Virus record (IMG/VR): IMGVR_UViG_3300037634_001203
Span: 1-38,983 of that record
Length of the DNA: 38,983 nt
Direction: 5' to 3' (one strand)
DNA from: a virus
Lineage: Duplodnaviria; Caudoviricetes
Shown here: in pieces, positions 6,733 through 16,800 of the stretch
Layout: every line of letters starts with the position of its first letter
How positions within the stretch are numbered: the stretch's first letter is position 1
Notes under the pieces: generated by a model
What the model saw: the letters and a program-made list of their open reading frames with translations, nothing else
What the model was told of the DNA's origin: nothing
Databases searched by the model: none
Position numbers and translations under genes: made by a program

Positions 6733-6759
6733 GTAGATATTATATCACAAAAAGTGCAA
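6730..6759 (-). promoter_or_regulatory. Predicted leftward sigma70-type promoter
   Basis: Consensus extended -10 TGATATAAT (6739-6747); also TTGCAC (6754-6759)-N18-TACACT (6730-6735). Confidence 0.6.
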
Positions 6760-6849
6760 GGGTAACCTGGTTTAGCACAAAGATGCTTTGCCAGACGTTG
6801 TCGCATAGTGAAGGCAGTCACTTCTTTGTTTACGACCCTTGCCCTACTA

Positions 6850-6864
6850 TGCTAACATACGGCT
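6850..6864 (+). promoter_or_regulatory. Predicted extended -10 promoter giving a leaderless transcript
   Basis: TGCTAACAT at 6850-6858, then 6 nt to the ATG at 6865; no SD sequence. Confidence 0.4.
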
Positions 6865-7308
6865 ATGTTAACGATGATAGAGGTTTGTCCTAGATGTTCG
6901 GGGCAAATTAGTGATTCTGGTAGCATTTTCGGATATACAGGGTACACAGAGATTTGCTGCATACATTGTGGATGGGCTAGATATACATACGGAAAAGAAG
7001 AGGAATCGAAACCTAGAGAGTTTTTCGACAGAAAAATAGTGCCTTATGATGAGAAGTTGATTGCAGACAAGAGAAAAGACCGACCTAAGCAGGGGTATCC
7101 TGACGTAGAGGTGTTCACGGACTTTAAAATTTACAAGTCTGGGTTTGAAAGAATAGTCATTTCTAGTAGGTGTCCATTTTGTTACAGGGATAAGAAAACT
7201 TATAAATCTAAGAAAACTAGAAGGCTTAATTTACTTAGAAGTATTTGCGAAAACAAACATGTGTGGTATTTTAAATTAGAGAACAAAGAACCTGTTTCAT
7301 GGAGGTGA
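6865..7308 (+). CDS. Double Zn-ribbon protein, possible regulator, 147 aa
   Basis: CPRC...CIHC and CPFC...CxxxH; first gene of the plus-strand unit. Confidence 0.75.
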   Translation: MLTMIEVCPRCSGQISDSGSIFGYTGYTEICCIHCGWARYTYGKEEESKPREFFDRKIVPYDEKLIADKRKDRPKQGYPDVEVFTDFKIYKSGFERIVISSRCPFCYRDKKTYKSKKTRRLNLLRSICENKHVWYFKLENKEPVSWR

Positions 7309-7311
7309 TAC

Positions 7312-7416
7312 ATGCCTAAAGTAGGAAAAAAGAAGTTTCCATATACGAAAGCTGGTATGGCTAAAGCTAAGAAAGCTGCTAAGAAGACTGGCAAGAAGAT
7401 GAAGAAGAAGTATTAA
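7312..7416 (+). CDS. Lysine-rich micropeptide, 34 aa (MPKVGKKKFPYTKAGMAKAKKAAKKTGKKMKKKY), not in the ORF track
   Basis: Translated by hand; strong RBS GGAGGTG; TAATG coupling to the next gene. Confidence 0.85.
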   Translation: MPKVGKKKFPYTKAGMAKAKKAAKKTGKKMKKKY

Positions 7417-7691
7417 TGCCTAAAAAAGGACAATACAAAGCTAACGCTTCTAAAGAGACAGTTAGGCAACGAAAAAAGAATCAGACTCCTGGTCAGATGA
7501 AGAAAAGGGTTGCTAGAAATACAGCTAGACGCAAAGCAATTAAGGCAGGTAGTGTTACCAAGACTGCTAATGGAGCTGGTAATCCTAGGAGGAAGCCTGA
7601 AGTAGATCATTACAAAGGTGGAACCAGGATTATTTCTCACAAAAGGAATCGCAGTAGGGATAACAACAAGAATCATAAAGGGAAAAAGTAA
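7416..7691 (+). CDS. Basic HNH-like protein next to the terminase genes
   Basis: The KKRVARNTARR...EVDH...ISHKRNRSR pattern resembles short podoviral HNH proteins; the motif is partly degenerate. Confidence 0.6.
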   Translation: MPKKGQYKANASKETVRQRKKNQTPGQMKKRVARNTARRKAIKAGSVTKTANGAGNPRRKPEVDHYKGGTRIISHKRNRSRDNNKNHKGKK

Positions 7692-8128
7692 TGGGTGCAT
7701 CTAACACTGGTATAAATGGTATAACTCCAGCAGATGTTATGAAACGACAGGAGTTATTTCTTACTGCTTACGGCATGATAGGCAGCATTAAGGGGGCTTG
7801 TGAAAGCATTTCCTTGAATAGGGAGACAGTTCAGAGCTGGAACAGGGCAGATATTCATGGTTTCAGGGATAAATTTGATAACGCCAAGTATAATTTCAGG
7901 GAATCGTTACAGGATTTAGCTGTTACCAGGGTATTAGCCCAGAAGGTATCTGACAATCCTACGCTTTTGATAGCATTACTAAATGCACACTGGCCAGAAA
8001 AGTATAGACCGCAAGTTAGTGATTCTAATGAAGACGCCAAGGAATTAATGAGGGACATGAGGGATAGTTTCAGGAGGCTTGGTGCTAATGTTAAGGTTAT
8101 AGACCAAAAAAAACCAGAGGATGAGTAA
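7691..8128 (+). CDS. terS: Terminase small subunit
   Basis: N-terminal HTH-like FLTAY...ACESISLNRETVQSW and C-terminal LLIALLNAHWPEKYR; directly upstream of TerL. Confidence 0.75.
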   Translation: MGASNTGINGITPADVMKRQELFLTAYGMIGSIKGACESISLNRETVQSWNRADIHGFRDKFDNAKYNFRESLQDLAVTRVLAQKVSDNPTLLIALLNAHWPEKYRPQVSDSNEDAKELMRDMRDSFRRLGANVKVIDQKKPEDE

Positions 8129-9489
8129 TGGTAAGTACACAAAAGTCTTTAGGTGGTGCTATAGAGCATGCTAACGAGATTTACAGTAAGGTTTCATTTG
8201 AACCTACTGAGCTTCAGTTACCGATTTTAGAATCAAGGAAGAGATTTACATTAGTAGCTGGTGGTGAGCAGGCGGGAAAGTCAATGGTTGCGGCTAAGTA
8301 TTTACTGGCTAGGGTATATGATGTTGATCCAGGGTTATATTGGTTAGTTGCTGCTGATTACGAGAGAACAAGGGCAGAGTTTGAATATTTAGTTGAGGAT
8401 TTTGGGTCTATGGGTGTGTTACAGGAAGCATCTAAAAGAGTAGACCCAGGCAAGATTCTACTTGCAGATGGGACTAGAATAGAAACTAAATCAGCTAAGG
8501 ATCCCAGGACGTTAGCTATGCGTGCACCAAATGGCATAATAGGATGTGAGGCATCTCAGTTAGATTTAGAAACTTTCCATAGGTTACGAGGTAGGTGTGC
8601 ACCTAGGCGTGGGTGGATGTTTTTGTCAGGTACGTTTGAGGGATCATTGGGTTGGTATCCACAAATGTTTCAGGCATGGAAACATTCTTCAGTTGATGAT
8701 GAGCAGTCATTTTCACTTCCAAGTTATTCTAATGGTTATTTATATCCTGGTGGCAGGCAAGACCCTGAGATTTTAGCTTTAGAAAGGGCATCTTCTGATG
8801 ATTTTTTCATGGAAAGAATTGAAGGGATACCATCTCCACCAAGGGGATTAGTGTTCACAGAGATCAGGGCAGACATTCATATTCAGGATGTTAAGTACGA
8901 GCCTGATATTCCAGTACATATCTGGATAGATCCTGGTTATTCAGAGGCTTATGCTTGTGAAGTAGTACAGGTTGTTAACGATCAGGTACGGGTTATTGAT
9001 GAGATCTATGAAAGAGATTTAATTACTGATGAAATCATAGAAATTGCACAGTCTAAACCATGGTGGAAAGATGTTAGGTTTGGGGTTATTGATGTAGCTG
9101 GGTTTCAGCATCAGGCAATGGCAGCACCAGCGGAGGTATGGATGGATAAGACTGGAATTTATTTTGATTCTCAGAAGATAAGAATTAACGAAGGTACTGA
9201 AAGATTAAAAGCATTTTTAAAAACTGATCCTATTGACAAAAGAGAGCCAAAAATTGTATTTAGTCCTAATTGTAAAGGTATATTATCCGAGTTTGGCATA
9301 AGACCAAATCCATTTGATGAACAGACCAGGGCATATAGATGGAAAATGGATCGGGATGGTACAATAGTTGGTGAAACCCCTGAAGACAGGTATAATCATG
9401 GTATAAAGGCAGTCATCTATGGTTTGATTAACAGGTATGGCTATGGCTATATCACTGAAAATAAAACTATAAAGGTTAGAAGGTGGTAA
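8128..9489 (+). CDS. terL: Terminase large subunit
   Basis: P-loop GGEQAGKS, Walker B-like IIGCE, motif III SGT and RNase H-like IDPG and IDE; lies before the portal. Confidence 0.9.
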   Translation: MVSTQKSLGGAIEHANEIYSKVSFEPTELQLPILESRKRFTLVAGGEQAGKSMVAAKYLLARVYDVDPGLYWLVAADYERTRAEFEYLVEDFGSMGVLQEASKRVDPGKILLADGTRIETKSAKDPRTLAMRAPNGIIGCEASQLDLETFHRLRGRCAPRRGWMFLSGTFEGSLGWYPQMFQAWKHSSVDDEQSFSLPSYSNGYLYPGGRQDPEILALERASSDDFFMERIEGIPSPPRGLVFTEIRADIHIQDVKYEPDIPVHIWIDPGYSEAYACEVVQVVNDQVRVIDEIYERDLITDEIIEIAQSKPWWKDVRFGVIDVAGFQHQAMAAPAEVWMDKTGIYFDSQKIRINEGTERLKAFLKTDPIDKREPKIVFSPNCKGILSEFGIRPNPFDEQTRAYRWKMDRDGTIVGETPEDRYNHGIKAVIYGLINRYGYGYITENKTIKVRRW

Positions 9490-11352
9490 ATGGCTAACTA
9501 TAAACCAGAAGAAATTATTGCCTTAGTAGATAATCACTATGATTTGACTGAGCCATTGCGTACAAGAATGGATAACGACCACAAACTTTATCGTTTAGAG
9601 GAGTTTGATGCTGGTGAAGGTTATCAATCTTACACTTCTAATGAACCACAGGTATATGCAGATAAACTGATCTCCTGGTTATCTTCTGCCGAGATGGTAG
9701 TGAGAATTCCTTATGGAAACTCAGAAAGAGAAGACCGAGAGAACAATGATGCTAAGGAAAGATTCTTAATTGGGTTACTAAAGGCTGCTAATGACAGGTT
9801 AGTTGACAAGTTACAACCAACAGTAAGGCATCAGTTAGCGTGGTTTGTTGTATTGAGGGGGTGGTATGCGATTAGGGCATTGATGGTTAAAGATGATGAA
9901 GGAGATACTCATGTTGAGATTCAACCATGGGATCCGTTGCATACATACTGGGGTGAAGGCAAAAATGGTTTAGCCTGGGCTTGTTATAAGACAAAGAGGA
10001 CTCCTACTGAGATCAAGGCAATTTGGGGAGTAGAGCTTCAGGGAGAAGGCAAAGGCCCAGATGACGATGATGGAATAGATGTTTATGATTTTTATGATTC
10101 AGAAGATAATATAGTTTGCACTGATGATACTGTTTTAAAGAAAAGAACCAAGCATGGTTCCAAAAAAGTTCCTGTTGTATTAGGGCCAGTAGGTGCTACT
10201 CCGTTAGTTCAGGCAATATCTGAGACAGGAAATTTAGATACGATAGAAGATTACGGAGAATCATGTTTTAAATCTTCCAGGGAATTATTTGAAAAACATA
10301 ATTTTATGATGAGTACAATGCTTGAGTTGACTGCAAGGTCGAGAAAGCAGGGATTAAAGATTAAATCCAGAGATGGAAACAAGACACTTGAAGAAGATCC
10401 ATATGTAGAAGGTTCAGAAATAGCATTAGGTCAGGGGGAAGATGTAGAACCATTAGGTTTACTAGAGATGTCTAAGGAAACTGGTGCGTTTATGGGTTTA
10501 GTTTCTGGTGAGATGCAAAGAGGAGGTTTGCCTCATTCTATTTATGGCCAGTTGGAATTTCAACTATCTGGATTTGCTATAAATACATTGAGACAAGGGG
10601 TTGAGACTGTGCTTGTTCCCAGATTACAAGCTATGGAAAAAGCACACAGATCTATATTTCAACTTATGTGTGACCAGTATATATCTGGTGCATTTAAGTC
10701 ATTTGAAGTAAGTGGACAAGATAAAAACAGGATGTATTTCAGAGAAGAAGTTACTCCTGATATGATTAAAAACGCTGGTGATGTTGAAGTTAGTTTTATA
10801 GGCCAGCTTCCACAGGACGAAATGGGTAAGATGTCTATGGCACAGATTGCGAGAGAAGGACAGACTCCATTGTTACCAGATATTTATATACGAGACAATA
10901 TTTTAGGGTTACAGTCAGCAGACCAGATGGAAGATGCTATTAAAACGCAAGTTGCAGAACGCACCTTGCCTGAAGCTACTTTATGGTCGCTGTTACAGGC
11001 AGCTAATCGACAAGGCAGAGAAGATTTGGCTGAATTGTACCAGTCAGAGTTGAGACGTTTGTTTATGACTAAACACATGGAAGAAATGCAGATGGTAGGT
11101 CAGATGATGCAAGCTCAACAACCAGCACCTCCGCCACAGGGTATGCCACCACAGGGTATGCCTCCGCAGGGAGGAGCAGGGCCAATGTTACCACCAACAG
11201 TTATGCCTAATGCAGCATTAGGGGTTCCACCTCCAATGCCTACAGCACCTGTTGGCCCATCAGTTCCGCCAGGAACACCAAGACCAGGTGCACGAAGCAC
11301 TGAAGGAAGATTAGCAAGTTTAGGCTTAGTACCACCAGCAGGAGGTGAGTAA
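9490..11352 (+). CDS. Portal protein with a Pro/Gln-rich C-terminal tail
   Basis: 620 aa directly after TerL; LRGW...WDP and SGFAIN segments are typical of podoviral portals. Confidence 0.85.
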   Translation: MANYKPEEIIALVDNHYDLTEPLRTRMDNDHKLYRLEEFDAGEGYQSYTSNEPQVYADKLISWLSSAEMVVRIPYGNSEREDRENNDAKERFLIGLLKAANDRLVDKLQPTVRHQLAWFVVLRGWYAIRALMVKDDEGDTHVEIQPWDPLHTYWGEGKNGLAWACYKTKRTPTEIKAIWGVELQGEGKGPDDDDGIDVYDFYDSEDNIVCTDDTVLKKRTKHGSKKVPVVLGPVGATPLVQAISETGNLDTIEDYGESCFKSSRELFEKHNFMMSTMLELTARSRKQGLKIKSRDGNKTLEEDPYVEGSEIALGQGEDVEPLGLLEMSKETGAFMGLVSGEMQRGGLPHSIYGQLEFQLSGFAINTLRQGVETVLVPRLQAMEKAHRSIFQLMCDQYISGAFKSFEVSGQDKNRMYFREEVTPDMIKNAGDVEVSFIGQLPQDEMGKMSMAQIAREGQTPLLPDIYIRDNILGLQSADQMEDAIKTQVAERTLPEATLWSLLQAANRQGREDLAELYQSELRRLFMTKHMEEMQMVGQMMQAQQPAPPPQGMPPQGMPPQGGAGPMLPPTVMPNAALGVPPPMPTAPVGPSVPPGTPRPGARSTEGRLASLGLVPPAGGE

Positions 11353-13448
11353 TGGCAACACCAGAGAGAAGAATACCAACGTCAGATGATTATATAAAAA
11401 GTGCAAAAGCTGTATGGAAAACAGGAAAAATGCCAGAGGATATTCGTTCTAATGTTACTAATATGCAGATTATATTAGATGAGTTACAGGCAGATTTAAG
11501 AAACGGATTGATAGATGAAGAAACTGCATTACTGGTATTACAGAATCCTATGGGGCCAACCAGGGCTCAAGGTGGAATGGCTTATCGTGATGCGATATCT
11601 CGAATACAGGGATGGGATGTAGAGAGGCAGATGGATCTCCCTGCTGGCACTGCTTACAAAACTGCTACTGGAGACGTGCGATATACAACGCCAGAAGATG
11701 CGTTTGCTCAGTACCAGACAGATGTTATGCCTTCATCTATGTTTGAGGCTACTTATCAAGATCCTAATGTTAGAGGTAGTCTTGCAACAGGAGGAGCTGC
11801 ATACACAGATCCTGTTACTGGAGAAACTATGCCAGGTTATAAATTTGACAGAGGTGCAGGTTTACCTGCTGGTTCTTTTGGTTGGACTGATGAAGGATGG
11901 GATACAAGTACCCCTGAAGCTCTGGAACAATATGGAAAGACACAAGAAGCTGCAGAAGGAGGAGGTCTGGATTGGTTTGCACAGGAAAGAGCAAGAGCTG
12001 AGGCTGAAAGGCAGGCTCTTTTGGCAGGACAGGCTAGGCAGGAAGAGACTGGTGGCTTAACTCCAGGATGGGAAGTAGATCCATTCTTAGCTGGGGTTGA
12101 TGCAGATCCAGTTGGTGGTGTAGATGCGATACCAGGTGTGGACATAGCTACAAACACTGTTAATCAAGACCAAGCGAATTTTGACGCTGCTAAGACTAAG
12201 GCAGATAAAGAGGGGGCTTCTAAGGCAGATAAAGACGCTGCTGCTGCTGCTAAAGCAAAGCTGGATAAATCTAAAGACATTTTAATTAAGTCTCAAGGTG
12301 TTTCTAAGGCAAGGGAGACGCAGGCAAAAGCGACTGGTATTAGAGACGAGAAGGATTTAAAAAACAAAATATTAAATGATCCTGATTTTAGTTCTTTAGA
12401 TGCTGAGACTTGGTTGATTAACAACAGAGGGTTTACTGCATCTAAGGCATCTAAGACGGTTCAGGGCTGGAGAACAGAGGCTTTTGGTGGGCCTGCTCCA
12501 GCGGCGGCTCCAGGGGCTTCAGATACGACTGCTGGAATGGCACTTACTCCACAATGGGGGACTCAAGGACAAGCTGGTGGGCAAATGATACAGACACAGC
12601 CTTTAGGGGCATTACCTACGCCTTCCCCATATGGAATTAGTTTAGCACAGTCGATGGCATCTCCAGAGGAGGCTTTTCAACAGTACAGACTGGCACAGTT
12701 TGGAGGACAGCCTAGTGTAGCTGAATTAGCTAGAGCTCAGAGAACTGGAGCTTTATATAGTGGATATCAACCTGCAATGGGTAGGTTTATGCTTTCTGCG
12801 ACAAGACCTGGTTCTGATATAGACCTTGGGGCTTTTGCTGCAGGACAAGATGATGAACAGTTAGAAGGAGAGGCTTTTGCGAGGTATTTACGTGCAGGAC
12901 AAAGAGCTCCTATGGCAGATATCAGGTCTTCTTATGGAGGGTTGTCAGATTATTTATCTCAGATTGCTACAGGTGGCAGACCTGGTGGTGCAGCAGGGCT
13001 TAGGTATGGAGCTGTGTTTGGTGAAGATTTGGGGCCAAAAGAGATTAAGGGTAGAATACTTAATACCACGATGGCTTCATTGGGAATGAGACCAGGTATG
13101 GGACAAAGGGCTTATGGTAACTTGTCTGACATTTATGACACAATGCAGGCTCAATACGGACAAGAGGTAGGTGCTGCTAACTTTGCAAGATGGGTTGCTG
13201 GTGGACTTGGAGGAGAACAACAACAACCATCGGCTTTTAATAACTTTGCTCCATTAGAAAACGCATATACTCCAGCTCAACAAGCAACTATCAGGCAAAT
13301 GAGGCCAACATCATCTGATGTAATAGGGTTACAGGCTAAGGCTAACCAGATGACTGGTGGTTATATTGGTGGAGGATGGAGTCCTGAAGTGACTCAATCC
13401 ACTTATGGGGCATTAGAGGATCCATTATTGACAAGGGGAGGTTTCTAA
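11352..13448 (+). CDS. Putative internal virion/ejection protein, 698 aa
   Basis: Ala/Gly/Gln-rich with no Cys; translationally coupled within the structural operon. Confidence 0.55.
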   Translation: MATPERRIPTSDDYIKSAKAVWKTGKMPEDIRSNVTNMQIILDELQADLRNGLIDEETALLVLQNPMGPTRAQGGMAYRDAISRIQGWDVERQMDLPAGTAYKTATGDVRYTTPEDAFAQYQTDVMPSSMFEATYQDPNVRGSLATGGAAYTDPVTGETMPGYKFDRGAGLPAGSFGWTDEGWDTSTPEALEQYGKTQEAAEGGGLDWFAQERARAEAERQALLAGQARQEETGGLTPGWEVDPFLAGVDADPVGGVDAIPGVDIATNTVNQDQANFDAAKTKADKEGASKADKDAAAAAKAKLDKSKDILIKSQGVSKARETQAKATGIRDEKDLKNKILNDPDFSSLDAETWLINNRGFTASKASKTVQGWRTEAFGGPAPAAAPGASDTTAGMALTPQWGTQGQAGGQMIQTQPLGALPTPSPYGISLAQSMASPEEAFQQYRLAQFGGQPSVAELARAQRTGALYSGYQPAMGRFMLSATRPGSDIDLGAFAAGQDDEQLEGEAFARYLRAGQRAPMADIRSSYGGLSDYLSQIATGGRPGGAAGLRYGAVFGEDLGPKEIKGRILNTTMASLGMRPGMGQRAYGNLSDIYDTMQAQYGQEVGAANFARWVAGGLGGEQQQPSAFNNFAPLENAYTPAQQATIRQMRPTSSDVIGLQAKANQMTGGYIGGGWSPEVTQSTYGALEDPLLTRGGF

Positions 13449-13449
13449 C

Positions 13450-13836
13450 ATGCCTGAACGAGACTATAACGCATTTGATAACTTTTATACTAACCTTTTA
13501 GACGTTGATCCTCAGATGACTTTTATGGGAGCCGCTAGTAGTTGGATGCCACAGGGGGATACTGGTATGTCTGTTTCTCCCCAGCAATCAGCAAGGGGAC
13601 AAAGGGCACAGGACTGGGCTATGGGTCAGTATTCTAACTTTTACAACAGGTATTTAGGAGATGTTGGTAGGGAATATGGTAGAAGGGCTAAGGGAGAGGA
13701 ATCTCAACCTGTTAGCACTTTTGCTGAGTATCTACAGGAAGATCCATTTACCGAAAGATATTCGAGGTTAACCCCGTATCAAAAGGGAGTGTCAACAAGT
13801 AGGTTTGCTCCTAGTACAAGGTACATATTCTTTTAA
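13450..13836 (+). CDS. Putative small internal virion protein, 128 aa
   Basis: Lies between two ejection-like genes; no Cys. Confidence 0.5.
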   Translation: MPERDYNAFDNFYTNLLDVDPQMTFMGAASSWMPQGDTGMSVSPQQSARGQRAQDWAMGQYSNFYNRYLGDVGREYGRRAKGEESQPVSTFAEYLQEDPFTERYSRLTPYQKGVSTSRFAPSTRYIFF

Positions 13837-16800
13837 TGTCTATGCAAAATAACAACATGAATGACCCACGTATTTGGGATAAGTTCAGGCCAGCATTTCA
13901 GCATGCAGGCAGAACTTTAGGTCAAGCTGGAGGGCAAGCATTCGAGGGATTTGTTAATTTGCCTGGTATCAAACAAGGGCTTGGTTTTATTGAGGGTGTT
14001 TCTCAAAAAGCTGTGAATCCTTTTGTTAGTCAGATTATAGCAGGTTCTCCGATACAGGGTATAACTAAAGACCCTGAAAGAAGGTGGGAGGCATTTAAAA
14101 CTCCAGATGGAGGTATTTCTTGGAGTGCAGTTGCTCAGGCTAATCCATTATCTTTACTTGCTAGAGGTATTGGTGGTGTAGCCAGAGAGAACATCCCTTC
14201 ATTACAGAATTTTAGGTTAGCTCCTCAGAATACTATAAAAGCACAAAGGTTGAGAGACGAAGAAGCAAGGCGTGAAGCTGAACTTGGCAGACAGTTAACT
14301 GGCAGGGAATTAAGGATGATGGAGCAGGAAATGTATGAATTACCTAAGCATGTTAGGGGTGCATTGCAGGAAGCTCCATTTTTAGCCATTCCTCCAACTG
14401 CTGCTATTAGGGCTTCTTCTGCTGCAGCTAGAACTGGCACAGCTATTTCTAAGTTAGGTAAAGCAGCTCCTGTGGCTAAAGTAGGATTAAAGGGAGCAGA
14501 GGCTGGTTTATATCCTTTCCAAGTTTTGGAGAAGGGGGCTGAGAAGGCACTGAAGTTACCTATTAAGGGTACTGCTAAGGGTCTTGGTTTTGTTGGAGCA
14601 AAAACAGGTGTTACTCCTGCTGCAGTTGCTGCCTTTCGTGCAGGGGCTCGTAAAGTAGGTAGAGAAGCTAGGGCAGCCGAGATTATCGAGGGTTCTTCTG
14701 GCAAGTATCAACCAGGGCAATGGCAATGGGATACTGAAGCTGCTAGGGTAAAGAACCAGACAGAAGAGTTTCATGAGATTATGAGACAAAATGAAGAGCT
14801 TTATACTGATTACAACACGGAGCTTATTCGTGGGCATATTGATAAGTATGGTTTGGGGCAAGACGAGATTAAGGTATTCAAACCTGGGGCTGTTGCTACT
14901 GCTAATGAAGCGAAAGATGCTGCTTTAAAAGCAGGGAATAGAGCCAATCAAACTTGGACTTCTGACGATTATGACAGGGTTGTTCGAATCGAGAGGGGTA
15001 AACAAAGGTTTATAGACCCTAAGACTAACAAATTAAAGTTTGTTCCTTATGAGGAAACATTGACTGACCCTGACGTTGCTATGAAGGTTGGTGGTGCTAT
15101 GGAAAGGGATATCTTAAGAAGGTCAGGGATGGAGGTTCCTGATGAGCCTACTTTATTAGCAGGGAAGCCTGCTTTTGTCGATCCTGATACAAAACAGCTA
15201 CGGCTTAATGAGTTTGAAGCTTTGCCAGATTTAAGGAATGCTTCTGATGTAAGGCGAGAGGCTAATGATATATTCGCAGAGAGTCCTGAGATGTTAGTAG
15301 ATGAGGCTTTTGCTTCTAGTGATGCTAGGTTTTATGGTAAAGAAGGAGCAAAGTGGTTTAAAGATGAATTTTATACTTTACAGAATCCCAGGGAAGCTGA
15401 TATGGGGTATAGAGTTTACAAGTCCGTTAGAGATGGATTTGGTAATAATGTGGAAACTCCCTTTAATACAGGTATAGATGCTATTCGGAATGCGATAAAA
15501 GGTGGAGCTATTCGTAACACTGCTAACAAGATGGTGGGCAAAACTGCTTCTGAGAAGGTAGATAATGCAGTCAATAGTGTTACAAAGAAGTTCCCTATCC
15601 ATAGTAGTGCAGATGGCTTTGTTACTAATGTGATGAAGTGGTGGGATGGACAATTTGGCACTAGGATTTTACAAGATTATTTAGCACAGGCTCGTAGGAC
15701 TAGGCCAGGGCATCCTTCTTCTCCTTCAGCATTTGGTTTGACAGACCTTGCTAAAAAAGTTGTTTCTTTTGGTGATATATTGCCTAGGGTTACAGGAGTT
15801 GGTGCTTTAAGGGGTGGTAATAGATGGCTTAATTTTCACATACATGAAATACAACCTTTATTGCAAACTGGTATTACTACAGATGTTATTGAGAAGAGGT
15901 TATTTGCTAAGGTTTGGCTTAAACATCATTCTGTTGCTCAACAAAATGCACCTGTTTTTAAGGGCGATGTAGGTAAGGAGATAGGTGATAATTTTTTTCC
16001 TAAGTATTTTGATAAAAGTAAAAACTTAAAAATAGATGACAATGCTGCGTATATACGTATTGGTAAAAAGGTTGAAGGACAAACTCAAACAGAGGCAGAT
16101 TTATCTATGTTGAAAAACTGGGATGATGATAATTGGTGGTTGCAGCAAACTAATCCTACAACAGGTAATTTGTATACCCAGGCTCAAGTAGATGCTATGA
16201 AGAAGGGTTTGCTTAGAACATCTAAGTTGTATCAAGGTGAACGATTAAGGCTTTTGAACAATGAGATAATCAGTCGATCCGAGTATGACTATTTTACTAG
16301 GAATTACAAGTTTTATAGCCCTTCACGTTATTTGGAAAACAAGATTAGTGATGATTTTGTAGATGTTCCAAATGCTGCAGGCAGTCGTTCTCGTTTGGGC
16401 AATGTTGAACGAGATATTTATAACTTGGCTGCAAACGATAGAAGTAAGTATAAGCTACCACCTATGATAGATGAGTTATTGGGTCAGGAGTTAATTAAGA
16501 ATGAAGTCAATATAGGTAAGAATCAGCTATACAGGAAGTTTATGAGGTCTGGTATTCCAGAAGAATTGAATTTGAAGGATGTGACTGATGAGTTTTATGA
16601 GATTGATTCTCGTGGAGCTCAAGTGAGAAAGACTAACGCCAAGGGAAAGGCTACTAAGGAAATATATGATTCCGACAAGAAGGCAGGTTATATTCAGTTT
16701 ATGAAGGATGGAAGAAGGGTTGTATTTGGTGATGCTAATGCTAAGGCTGTTCCTAAAGTTTTATGGGATAGCATGATGGGGCCTGGTGGTATAGGTTCTA

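Noticed and set aside
6770-6840. Possible tRNA or tRNA-like element
   Set aside because: There is no cloverleaf or T-loop GTTCRA, only weak pairing.
11131-11170. CC(A/G)CAGGG(T/A) repeats at the portal 3' end
   Set aside because: They simply encode PPQGM repeats in a low-complexity tail.
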